Positions 1 to 11,664 are shown, numbered from the stretch's first letter. The stretch: DNA of 64,000 nucleotides from Hormiphora californensis (GCA_020137815.1 CM035355.1:3410001-3474000); one strand, 5' to 3'. Notes: generated from the sequence alone by a model not told the origin. A program made the numbers and translations.

Positions 1-100
1 CGCTTTACATCCCTATAAGCCATTGGTTAGATAGCAACATGGGACAGCCCTACCTTTGTAGACTGTACCCATGGTGTACATGCGGTATTATTATTATTAT

Positions 101-463
101 TATCCCCCTCTCTGTTCGCTATGTCTCTCTTTCTTTCTCTTTCTTTCTCTTTCCTTTTCTATGACGGGAGAAAGAGAGACATGGAGAAAGATAGATACCC
201 TTAACTTTTTACCGAGAGTCGAGATAGAAAGACTGTTGAGCTCCTCCGTGGAAATTGGTTTCGCCGCTTTCCCATCAGGTAGATGTAGGCAGCTCTCGGT
301 CGGTGGCTAAACATTGTCTTTTCTCTCTCGGTAAAAAGAGCAGCCTACATCTACAATTCCTACGTGCTTTCCTAGCAGTCAAAAAGTTAAGGGTATCTCT
401 CTTTCTCCCTCAGAGAAAGTAAGAGAAATTGAAAGATAGACAGAGCGAACAGAGAGGGGGATA
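101..463. mobile_element. MITE/foldback-like element with TA-bounded terminal inverted repeats
   Basis: TATCCCCCTCTCTGTTCGCT at 101 is the reverse complement of AGCGAACAGAGAGGGGGATA ending at 463. Inner inverted pairs are AGATACCCTTAACTTTT/AAAAGTTAAGGGTATCT and GTAGATGTAGGC/GCCTACATCTAC. Confidence 0.7.
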
Positions 464-621
464 GGGTCTAGGGATGGAAAGTGATAGAAACCTTCACCGA
501 ATCGTGTCTCATATCGTCGAACACTCCTGATTGGCTTCCCCGAATCATGTTCCATTATATCTCGTATCGTCTCACACCGCTTATAAGCTTCCCCGAATTA
601 CATTCACATGCTTAGTACTCA

Positions 622-779
622 GACCTGCCCTAAATTGACCTGCCCTAAATTGACCTGCCCTAAATTCAGACCTGCCCTAAATTCAGACCTGCCCTAAATT
701 GACCTGCCCTAAATTCAGACCTGCCCTAAATTGACCTGCCCTAAATTCAGACCTGCCCTAAATTGACCTGCCCTAAATT
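622..779. repeat. Minisatellite, 10 copies of GACCTGCCCTAAATT with optional CA (15/17-bp units)
   Basis: Units counted directly, starting at 622, 637, 652, 669, 686, 701, 718, 733, 750 and 765. Confidence 0.95.
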
Positions 780-844
780 CTGTCGAAGTTCTACCGACCT
801 GCCAAATAATGTATTGCTTGACTATTCTTGGGTCTCATGATCGA

Positions 845-950
845 TAATAGTTCATGTGTTGATTGGACAAGTTAGACTCGCTGGATATTATTGGTTTCTT
901 CCAATAATATCCAGCGAGTCTAACTTGTCCAATCAACACATGAACTATTA
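845..950. repeat. Perfect 50-bp inverted repeat with 6-nt loop
   Basis: 845-894 is the exact reverse complement of 901-950; loop TTTCTT; TA at both ends. Confidence 0.95.
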
Positions 951-2872
951 GATGGCATCAAATACACTCGTAATTCCTATCCCTTTGGTTGTGATAGCTA
1001 ATTTTGATCTGTCTGGCGGCGCTCAGATGGGGTCCGCGGCGCCAGACTGATTTTGGTCTTTATAAGCTATGGCTGAACAATTAATGCAATGTACTAGAAT
1101 TGTCACTGAACGTCTAGATAATTTGGCTTCCTAAATTTTAATTGTCAAATACGATTAAATTTTGGGATGTCATGCTTTACGAAGTTGTAGAGCCTAAATT
1201 CTGAAGCCTATTTTTCTTAAGCTTTGTTTCCGAATTTAAATCTTTCACCAGACTTAGAACGCTGCGTAGCTCTTTCAACTGAACATGGAAGATTAAGATT
1301 ATTATAAACCTTCGTATGCACTATGCACTGTGTCATGTAGTAGAATAATTATATTAACAATAGTGATAGGTAATTATGTTATTACATAGAACTATAAGTA
1401 TGTATTAGAGGATATCTTTCCCTCATATCATGTTGAGTTCAATATATTGAACTACTACCTGCTACTACTCCACCAACTTTATTCCTGACTATCTATATCT
1501 CTGGTAAATTAGACATTCCCTCATATTATATACGTACTGCTATTACATATATTATAACACAATAATAATATATGGGCTGGCCTCGTCTCACAAAAGACCG
1601 CCCTCTCCGAACCGTGCATTAAAGTCATGCGGTATGACAAGATGATAGGCACAATTACAGTCAACTACCTGAGCTCCATTGTTCCCTACTCGTTATAACT
1701 ACAGGGCTGCGAGGAGAAGCGGGAGAGGGAGTCCTATTATAATAGTTGAATATTCGGCCATGTCTCAAAATAAAAATGGGTTTGAACAAAACAAGTTGAA
1801 TATGAGCCTGGAGGTATTGTTGCATAACGGGCTCCTAGTGTAGTCACATCCAGTTCCACATGCTATATCTCATGTCTGTGTTATTTGTCAACACTAAACA
1901 TGTGTATTTGATTTGATTACCTCGTTTTCCAGGAATATTCCATAGAGAGACAGGTATTCAAACATGATTCAGTTTCGAATACATACGAAATGCCAAAACT
2001 ATGATATGGTAGCCAAGGTACATGTGTTATATGTTCAAGTCATTTATTTCCTAGAATAATTGTTTTTGTAATATGTAACTCTATTTTAGATAATGCTATT
2101 GTTATGTTTGTTTTTTATTTGTCTATTTAGTTGATGTTTGTATTAAGAATTGCCAACATCTTCACCATGAACCTGTTAGTTTGCGTAATAAGACCAAGCT
2201 TGGAGATACTGTACACATTTATTGTACTAAGTACGTAGTTCTCAGTTCTCACAAGCTTCTGACATCACTCTCGTGGCTTGCCAGTTTGCACACTAGGTGC
2301 ATTCTATTAGCCTAATTACACAAATCATTGCCAATTTCTTAGAGTTAGCCTACTGCACATCAGTGCCATTTTGCATGGAGTTGCGGGAAAGCTCAGAAAA
2401 TCATCAGTTTAATTGATATCAGCAGTACCATCTTTCCAGACTTGGTCTATAGATTCTGGGAAAATATGTTTGTAAAGTAGGCTCTTTGTTGTTTCGGCGT
2501 TTATGAATATGACAGTCAGAGCATAAATTATAAAGGAGCAGACTGAAAAATAACATTAGCCTGAGAATATGTAGCAAAATAGTAATCCTGTTTTGAATGC
2601 TTGAATAATTGTCTATCTAAATCAGTGTGATAGACGAAAAATGCTTTGGTTAGATAATATAAAATGTTGAATATTTTGAATCTTTGGTGGGGACCAATTA
2701 GATAATTCTCAACAGGTATATAAGTTAGCTTTTAGCTGGAGAAATGATGAAGCTGTTGTTTCGAAATGAATGTAGATATTTCCATCAGTTTCCTGAATTC
2801 TGCGATGAGTTGGTTACAACAACTAGTAAAACTGGGGCGATCGTAAACACATGTGATACGTGATACCTACGA

Positions 2873-2955
2873 ATCACGTCGTCACACTGACGGATCACGT
2901 CGTCACACTGACGGATCACATCGTCACACTGACGGATCACGTCGTCACACTGACG
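2873..2955. repeat. 21-bp tandem repeat ATCACGTCGTCACACTGACGG, about 4 copies
   Basis: Seen directly; it explains the repetitive ORFs 2785..2967 and 2860..3045. Confidence 0.95.
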
Positions 2956-4038
2956 ATATGGTGTCACATTTCCGTCAAATTTGCATTAGATATAGTTAGA
3001 TACAACTCCAGATCAGTATATTCATTTACAATATCTTTGTCTTGACTTGAGTCATTTTTGTGTTCATTAATCAATGCAATGATCACACATGGACATCTTT
3101 GCATCTTAAGATACTTACTTTTTGTCTGTGCATATACTGTTTCTTCCAATTTATCATAAAAAAATTCTCGCAACATTTTCTCTGACAGATCAACTTACAA
3201 AAAGTATGGATACTTTTGTCCCACCCGTGCGGCGCCTCCACATGTAATTGATTGGGTTGTTAGCACTTTGTAAGCTTCCGAGCACCGCGGGTTAGTTAAC
3301 CTGGGCCTGGCACGGTGCTTCCATCAGAAATTATACCATCATTTATCCATCATTTATCCATATAAGCTGGTGGTTATAAAGAATCAAAAGAAAGTCTCGA
3401 TAAATTGGTTGCATAAGAGATGATGGAAGATGGCAAAACAAACTCAAATTATTTTTTATTGGCTTTATTGAAAACTAAAATTTATTTTTTCTGGGTGAAA
3501 TGAAATTGTCGACTATTTTATCCGCATCAAAATAGTACTAATAGTATGAACACCACCAAATTCACTTAAGGCGGGAGATGTGTTGGACAGTGCAGTATAG
3601 TGTAGTGCAGGTTTAATGTGATATATCCGTCCCCTTTCAGTCTTCCATGCAAGTGCAGCTGTCGACGCCCGGCTTTATTAGATAAAGACACTTCTTAAGA
3701 TAATTGACAAAACTACTTGTCGGACCTTTTCATCTGATATACTATACAGTTTTTTGCTTGTGTTTTGCCGAACGCAAAAGATGAGGAGAATGGTAACGTA
3801 ATTGCTCCTAACATCACACTTTTGATTGTTTTGCCTTTGACCATAGCCCGACAAAAGTTAGCAGAAATCTAGATAATAGTCCAGACCATTAGAAACATAT
3901 CAACGTAAACGAAATGCAATTCAGAGGCAAATGCATACATAATGAGTTGAATAATACTTGATGACAGGTGAATACAAAAGGAAACCTAGAATGGACTTGT
4001 GTCTTTTTGAAGGATATATATGATTAGCCTAGGCCGAG

Positions 4039-4106
4039 TCTTTGTTCCATATCCTAAATCATATTTCTAGTATCTTTGTTCCATATCCTAAATCATATTT
4101 CTAGTA
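4039..4106. repeat. 34-bp tandem duplication
   Basis: TCTTTGTTCCATATCCTAAATCATATTTCTAGTA at 4039 and 4073. Confidence 0.95.
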
Positions 4107-4171
4107 TAATCGTGCATTTTGTCACAAAGTTATCAAACCAGTCTAGCATCCAATTGCGATTTGCGATATAT

Positions 4172-4353
4172 TAGAGGTAAGCGGTAAAGGTTGACCCTTC
4201 TCCTGAGAATTTTAATTTTATTTGGCTAAGTATAACTCAGCTATTTCTTGACCAATTTGCAAAATCTTGGGTTCATTGGAAAGAGGACATTGAGCTCTTT
4301 CAAATGAGCTCAATAAAATGAAAATTGGCGCAAATTGTGCGTCGTAGTGGCGA
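4172..4353. mobile_element. Solo diverged left arm of MITE family A
   Basis: TAGAGGTAAGCGGTAAAGGTTGACCC... aligns to the arms at 5459-5615 with many substitutions, then joins abruptly to the core of MITE B at 4354. Confidence 0.75.
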
Positions 4354-4790
4354 AAACAGAATAGAAACAATCCTTGTGTTTTACTAACACATTCTTTAAA
4401 TTTTCAATGTGCTAACTTGCATTGTTCTACTTCTGTGGATGAAAATGTCAACCTCACTGCTTATATTCAGAATGTGTTAGGAAAACATGACGATTGTTTC
4501 TATTCTGTTTTTTACATACTGATTAAACAGGAGTTCTCCCAACATAACAAAAATATCTCAGTGATGGGTGGGTCGATTTTGAGCGGCAAAAACGCATTAT
4601 GCTCAGAGAGCTAATCTCTACTACCTACAACAAACTTGTCCAATTCTGATTCGGTCCACTCTCACTTTAAGTTCCACGCCTGGCAATTATAAAGAGCGTA
4701 CTGACAGCCCTTGATATTGATGTACGTTGACCCAGGGACCAGGGCATATAATATATAAAATATGCTGATCCTGGATTCGAGAAAGCATGA

Positions 4791-5437
4791 TACTGTAAAA
4801 CTAGATATTTTCGTGAGATTTTTATTTTCGCTCTTTATTTTTGGGGTCACCACACACCAAAGTTAAAATAATATTTTGACGGTCGCGTTGGATGACAAAA
4901 TTTTAACACGGCGTTAAAATCGCGCGCGAGATTGTTACTTTTAGAATGGGGGAGAGAAATTTTAACGGCCGCTGGTGTGTGCGGGTTTAAAATCAAAATT
5001 TTAATTTTAATTTTAACTTTGGTGTGTGGTGACCCCAAGCTGGAAAATCTGCGAAAATTAATTCCGCAAAATATTTTGGACGATTTTTTACAGAAAGCTC
5101 GTGCAAGTTATTTCAGGATGACACATTTTTTTACTTTTAGTACTAAGTCAACGACAATCGGTTCATGATGAGATGTGAGCCTTTTCTGTCTCATCCCTGA
5201 TTGGCTATCTCTTAGAGCCAATCAGCAATGAGAAAATGCTCACATTTCATTGGTCTACGCCAAGCAGGTCTGGTGTCTCATGGAAATGATGACTGCACTC
5301 TTGGCGTAATTAGACAATAGACTAGGACCGTGAAATGGGGGTAGCAGTGGGATTAGCGAAAATTAAAATCGCGAAAATAGTCAATTTTGATCGAATCGCG
5401 AAAATTAATTGCCTCTAAAATATCTAGTTTTACAGTA
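4791..5437. mobile_element. MITE D with TA ends (other copies 5829-6475, 8616-9262, 9654-10300)
   Basis: 21-bp TIRs TACTGTAAAACTAGATATTTT ... AAAATATCTAGTTTTACAGTA; TA ends as in Tc1/mariner-type MITEs. Confidence 0.7.
4841..5038. mobile_element. MITE E nested in MITE D (other copies 6228-6425, 8666-8863, 10053-10250)
   Basis: 29-bp TIRs TTGGGGTCACCACACACCAAAGTTAAAAT ... ATTTTAACTTTGGTGTGTGGTGACCCCAA; no clean TSD. Confidence 0.65.
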
Positions 5438-5458
5438 TTTGTGCAAATGTTAATCTAA

Positions 5459-5807
5459 TATAGGTAAGCGGTAAAGGTTGACCCGTCTCCTGATAATTTT
5501 AAACAGTTTTGGCTATAACTCAGCCATTTCTTCACCAATTTGCAAAATCTTGGGTTCATTGGAAAGAGGACATTGAGATCTTTCAGATGAGCTCAAGAAA
5601 ATCAAAATTGGCGCAAATTGTGCAGCATTGCGCGGCGCAATGGCGCAAAATGCGCCAATTTTGATTTTCTTGAGCTCATCTGAAAGATCTCAATGTCCTC
5701 TTTCCAATGAACCCAAGATTTTGCAAATTGGTGAAGAAATGGCTGAGTTATAGCCAAAACTGTTTAAAATTATCAGGAGACGGGTCAACCTTTACCGCTT
5801 ACCTATA
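5459..5807. mobile_element. MITE A at the centre of nested palindrome 1 (second copy 9284-9632)
   Basis: About 157-bp arms starting TATAGGTAAGCGGTAAAGG around a 35-nt GC-rich spacer; homologous to 4172-4353. Confidence 0.7.
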
Positions 5808-6595
5808 TTAGATTAACATTTGCACAAATACTGTAAAACTAGATATTTTAGAGGCAATTAATTTTCGCGATTCGATCAAAATTGACTATTTTCGCGATTT
5901 TAATTTTCGCTAATCCCACTGCTACCCCCATTTCACGGTCCTAGTCTATTGTCTAATTACGCCAAGAGTGCAGTCATCATTTCCATGAGACACCAGACCT
6001 GCTTGGCGTAGACCAATGAAATGTGAGCATTTTCTCATTGCTGATTGGCTCTAAGAGATAGCCAATCAGGGATGAGACAGAAAAGGCTCACATCTCATCA
6101 TGAACCGATTGTCGTTGACTTAGTACTAAAAGTAAAAAAATGTGTCATCCTGAAATAACTTGCACGAGCTTTCTGTAAAAAATCGTCCAAAATATTTTGC
6201 GGAATTAATTTTCGCAGATTTTCCAGCTTGGGGTCACCACACACCAAAGTTAAAATTAAAATTAAAATTTTGATTTTAAACCCGCACACACCAGCGGCCG
6301 TTAAAATTTCTCTCCCCCATTCTAAAAGTAACAATCTCGCGCGCGATTTTAACGCCGTGTTAAAATTTTGTCATCCAACGCGACCGTCAAAATATTATTT
6401 TAACTTTGGTGTGTGGTGACCCCAAAAATAAAGAGCGAAAATAAAAATCTCACGAAAATATCTAGTTTTACAGTATCATGCTTTCTCGAATCCAGGATCA
6501 GCATATTTTATATATTATATGCCCTGGTCCCTGGGTCAACGTACATCAATATCAAGGGCTGTCAGTACGCTCTTTATAATTGCCAGGCGTGGAAC

Positions 6596-7072
6596 TTAAA
6601 GTGAGAGTGGACCGAATCAGAATTGGACAAGTTTGTTGTAGGTAGTAGAGATTAGCTCTCTGAGCATAATGCGTTTTTGCCGCTCAAAATCGACCCACCC
6701 ATCACTGAGATATTTTTGTTATGTTGGGAGAATTTCTGCTGGATCAATATTTATCAAACAGAATAGAAACAATCCTTGTGTTTTACTAACACATTCTTTA
6801 AATTTTCAATGTGCTAACTTGCATTGTTCTACTTCTGTGGATGAAAATGTCAACCTCACTGCTTATATTCAGAATGTGTTAGGAAAACATGACGATTGTT
6901 TCTATTCTGTTTTTTACATACTGATTAAACAGGAGTTCTCCCAACATAACAAAAATATCTCAGTGATGGGTGGGTCGATTTTGAGCGGCAAAAACGCAAA
7001 ATGCTCAGAAAGCTAATCTCTACCACCTACACCAAACTTGTCCAATTCTGATTCGGTCCACTCTCACTTTAA
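6596..7072. mobile_element. MITE B, TTAA-flanked, Kolobok-like ends (other copies 8019-8495, 10421-10897, partial 4354-4670)
   Basis: TTAA-AGTGAGAGTGGACCGAATCAG ... CTGATTCGGTCCACTCTCACT-TTAA, TIRs about 135 bp. A TTAA duplication with purine-purine termini fits Kolobok better than piggyBac (CC ends). Confidence 0.75.
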
Positions 7073-7251
7073 TAATTACAATGTGTTCTTTGTACTATAA
7101 GATATGTCACAAATTATAGAGCTGCTGCAGAGAGTGTGTGTCGGCACTCGATACCACCCTGTCAACGGCTCCATAAATCTTGCCAGCTGTTTTCAGCTTC
7201 AAATTATTGTTGCCAATACATTGACACGACTGATGAAAAGTTGATGAAAGA

Positions 7252-7839
7252 TTAAAGGGCCTAAAAACCCAAATTTTATTTATTTATTTTGAACACTACA
7301 TCGTAACAAGCATGCTATTGGAGTCCCAAAAAACATAGGTACACGCCCCACGGACCCAAGGTGAACCCAGGGGGACCCCCTCAAGTTGGGGCCCAATTGG
7401 GGTCCCCTTGTAAACGCGCTTGTACTCCTTGAAATGCTAACAATATGATCCTCTCTGAAATTTGAAGTTTTGGGTAAAATTATCTTTGTGTTTCAGGTGA
7501 ATACATAATTTTTCTTGTCTCTGTATTCTGGTAATTTTTCTCCTAGTTTTGATAGGTTTAGATAATAATTGATGAGAAAAATTATGAAATCTACTAAAAC
7601 ACAAGGATCATTTCTATCCTAAATTTTATATTTGAGAGAGGATCATATTGTTAGCATTTCAAGGAGTACAAGCGCGTTTACAAGGGGACCCCAATTGGGC
7701 CCCAACTTGAGGGGGTCCCCCTGGGTTCACCTTGGGTCCGTGGGGCGTGTACCTATGTTTTTTGGGACTCCAATAGCATGCTTGTTACGATGTAGTGTTC
7801 AAAATAAATAAATAAAATTTGGGTTTTTAGGCCCTTTAA
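7252..7839. mobile_element. MITE C, TTAA-flanked, Kolobok-like ends; centre of the 6.4-kb palindrome
   Basis: TTAA-AGGGCCTAAAAACCC ... GGGTTTTTAGGCCCT-TTAA; about 205-bp perfectly complementary arms. Confidence 0.75.
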
Positions 7840-8358
7840 TCTTTCATCAACTTTTCATCAGTCGTGTCAATGTATTGGCAACAATAATTTGAAGCTGAAA
7901 ACAGCTGGCAAGATTTATGGAGCCGTTGACAGGGTGGTATCGAGTGCCGACACACACTCTCTGCAGCAGCTCTATAATTTGTGACATATCTTATAGTACA
8001 AAGAACACATTGTAATTATTAAAGTGAGAGTGGACCGAATCAGAATTGGACAAGTTTGGTGTAGGTGGTAGAGATTAGCTTTCTGAGCATTTTGCGTTTT
8101 TGCCGCTCAAAATCGACCCACCCATCACTGAGATATTTTTGTTATGTTGGGAGAACTCCTGTTTAATCAGTATGTAAAAAACAGAATAGAAACAATCGTC
8201 ATGTTTTCCTAACACATTCTGAATATAAGCAGTGAGGTTGACATTTTCATCCACAGAAGTAGAACAATGCAAGTTAGCACATTGAAAATTTAAAGAATGT
8301 GTTAGTAAAACACAAGGATTGTTTCTATTCTGTTTGATAAATATTGATCCAGCAGAAA

Positions 8359-10557
8359 TTCTCCCAACATAACAAAAATATCTCAGTGATGGGTGGGTCG
8401 ATTTTGAGCGGCAAAAACGCATTATGCTCAGAGAGCTAATCTCTACTACCTACAACAAACTTGTCCAATTCTGATTCGGTCCACTCTCACTTTAAGTTCC
8501 ACGCCTGGCAATTATAAAGAGCGTACTGACAGCCCTTGATATTGATGTACGTTGACCCAGGGACCAGGGCATATAATATATAAAATATGCTGATCCTGGA
8601 TTCGAGAAAGCATGATACTGTAAAACTAGATATTTTCGTGAGATTTTTATTTTCGCTCTTTATTTTTGGGGTCACCACACACCAAAGTTAAAATAATATT
8701 TTGACGGTCGCGTTGGATGACAAAATTTTAACACGGCGTTAAAATCGCGCGCGAGATTGTTACTTTTAGAATGGGGGAGAGAAATTTTAACGGCCGCTGG
8801 TGTGTGCGGGTTTAAAATCAAAATTTTAATTTTAATTTTAACTTTGGTGTGTGGTGACCCCAAGCTGGAAAATCTGCGAAAATTAATTCCGCAAAATATT
8901 TTGGACGATTTTTTACAGAAAGCTCGTGCAAGTTATTTCAGGATGACACATTTTTTTACTTTTAGTACTAAGTCAACGACAATCGGTTCATGATGAGATG
9001 TGAGCCTTTTCTGTCTCATCCCTGATTGGCTATCTCTTAGAGCCAATCAGCAATGAGAAAATGCTCACATTTCATTGGTCTACGCCAAGCAGGTCTGGTG
9101 TCTCATGGAAATGATGACTGCACTCTTGGCGTAATTAGACAATAGACTAGGACCGTGAAATGGGGGTAGCAGTGGGATTAGCGAAAATTAAAATCGCGAA
9201 AATAGTCAATTTTGATCGAATCGCGAAAATTAATTGCCTCTAAAATATCTAGTTTTACAGTATTTGTGCAAATGTTAATCTAATATAGGTAAGCGGTAAA
9301 GGTTGACCCGTCTCCTGATAATTTTAAACAGTTTTGGCTATAACTCAGCCATTTCTTCACCAATTTGCAAAATCTTGGGTTCATTGGAAAGAGGACATTG
9401 AGATCTTTCAGATGAGCTCAAGAAAATCAAAATTGGCGCATTTTGCGCCATTGCGCCGCGCAATGCTGCACAATTTGCGCCAATTTTGATTTTCTTGAGC
9501 TCATCTGAAAGATCTCAATGTCCTCTTTCCAATGAACCCAAGATTTTGCAAATTGGTGAAGAAATGGCTGAGTTATAGCCAAAACTGTTTAAAATTATCA
9601 GGAGACGGGTCAACCTTTACCGCTTACCTATATTAGATTAACATTTGCACAAATACTGTAAAACTAGATATTTTAGAGGCAATTAATTTTCGCGATTCGA
9701 TCAAAATTGACTATTTTCGCGATTTTAATTTTCGCTAATCCCACTGCTACCCCCATTTCACGGTCCTAGTCTATTGTCTAATTACGCCAAGAGTGCAGTC
9801 ATCATTTCCATGAGACACCAGACCTGCTTGGCGTAGACCAATGAAATGTGAGCATTTTCTCATTGCTGATTGGCTCTAAGAGATAGCCAATCAGGGATGA
9901 GACAGAAAAGGCTCACATCTCATCATGAACCGATTGTCGTTGACTTAGTACTAAAAGTAAAAAAATGTGTCATCCTGAAATAACTTGCACGAGCTTTCTG
10001 TAAAAAATCGTCCAAAATATTTTGCGGAATTAATTTTCGCAGATTTTCCAGCTTGGGGTCACCACACACCAAAGTTAAAATTAAAATTAAAATTTTGATT
10101 TTAAACCCGCACACACCAGCGGCCGTTAAAATTTCTCTCCCCCATTCTAAAAGTAACAATCTCGCGCGCGATTTTAACGCCGTGTTAAAATTTTGTCATC
10201 CAACGCGACCGTCAAAATATTATTTTAACTTTGGTGTGTGGTGACCCCAAAAATAAAGAGCGAAAATAAAAATCTCACGAAAATATCTAGTTTTACAGTA
10301 TCATGCTTTCTCGAATCCAGGATCAGCATATTTTATATATTATATGCCCTGGTCCCTGGGTCAACGTACATCAATATCAAGGGCTGTCAGTACGCTCTTT
10401 ATAATTGCCAGGCGTGGAACTTAAAGTGAGAGTGGACCGAATCAGAATTGGACAAGTTTGTTGTAGGTAGTAGAGATTAGCTCTCTGAGCATAATGCGTT
10501 TTTGCCGCTCAAAATCGACCCACCCATCACTGAGATATTTTTGTTATGTTGGGAGAA
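8359..10557. repeat. Nested 2.2-kb palindrome 2 (axis 9458, spacer inverted relative to palindrome 1)
   Basis: Mirror coordinates sum to 18916; offset 3825 bp from palindrome 1. Confidence 0.95.
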
Positions 10558-11076
10558 CTCCTGTTTAATCAGTATGTAAAAAACAGAATAGAAACAATCG
10601 TCATGTTTTCCTAACACATTCTGAATATAAGCAGTGAGGTTGACATTTTCATCCACAGAAGTAGAACAATGCAAGTTAGCACATTGAAAATTTAAAGAAT
10701 GTGTTAGTAAAACACAAGGATTGTTTCTATTCTGTTTGATAAATATTGATCCAGCAGAAATTCTCCCAACATAACAAAAATATCTCAGTGATGGGTGGGT
10801 CGATTTTGAGCGGCAAAAACGCAAAATGCTCAGAAAGCTAATCTCTACCACCTACACCAAACTTGTCCAATTCTGATTCGGTCCACTCTCACTTTAATAA
10901 TTACAATGTGTTCTTTGTACTATAAGATATGTCACAAATTATAGAGCTGCTGCAGAGAGTGTGTGTCGGCACTCGATACCACCCTGTCAACGGCTCCATA
11001 AATCTTGCCAGCTGTTTTCAGCTTCAAATTATTGTTGCCAATACATTGACACGACTGATGAAAAGTTGATGAAAGA

Positions 11077-11664
11077 TTAAAGGGCCTAAAAACCCAAATT
11101 TTATTTATTTATTTTGAACACTACATCGTAACAAGCATGCTATTGGAGTCCCAAAAAACATAGGTACACGCCCCACGGACCCAAGGTGAACCCAGGGGGA
11201 CCCCCTCAAGTTGGGGCCCAATTGGGGTCCCCTTGTAAACGCGCTTGTACTCCTTGAAATGCTAACAATATGATCCTCTCTGAAATTTGAAGTTTTGGGT
11301 AAAATTATCTTTGTGTTTCAGGTGAATACATAATTTTTCTTGTCTCTGTATTCTGGTAATTTTTCTCCTAGTTTTGATAGGTTTAGATAATAATTGATGA
11401 GAAAAATTATGAAATCTACTAAAACACAAGGATCATTTCTATCCTAAATTTTATATTTGAGAGAGGATCATATTGTTAGCATTTCAAGGAGTACAAGCGC
11501 GTTTACAAGTGGACCCCAAATGGGCCCCAACTTGAGGAGCTCCCCCTGGGCTCACCTGGGGTCCATGTGGCGTGTGCCTATGTTTTTTGGGACTCCAATA
11601 GCATGCTTGTTACGATGGAGTGTTCAAAATAGATAAATAATATTTGGGTTTTTAGGCCCTTTAA
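11077..11664. mobile_element. MITE C second copy with diverged right TIR
   Basis: Direct repeat of 7252-7839 at +3825; the right arm differs at 12 positions by my count; unique sequence resumes at 11665. Confidence 0.8.

Larger units (their letters stand above)
4534..6732. repeat. Nested 2.2-kb palindrome 1 (arms 4534-5615 and 5651-6732, 35-nt spacer)
   Basis: Mirror coordinates sum to 11266; ORFs 4932..5168+ and 6098..6334- are identical. Confidence 0.95.
4354..10737. repeat. 6.4-kb palindrome: arms 4354-7456 and 7635-10737 (3103 bp each), 178-bp spacer
   Basis: Mirror coordinates sum to 15091 (for example ORFs 6669..7016+ and 8075..8422- are identical). Pairing breaks at 4353/10738 and 7457/7634. 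Confidence 0.95.

Noticed and set aside
1900-3900. Possible decayed transposase or other coding relic
   Set aside because: No recognisable motif in any frame I examined; only short ORFs with non-ATG starts.
6596-7839. piggyBac assignment for TTAA-flanked MITEs B and C
   Set aside because: Termini inside the TTAA are AG..CT, not the CC..GG typical of piggyBac; Kolobok-like is preferred but unproven.
4417-10851. Repeated identical 63-124 aa ORFs as a multigene cluster
   Set aside because: They lie on MITE TIRs and cores and are repeated only because of the palindromic duplication; no domain or splice support.
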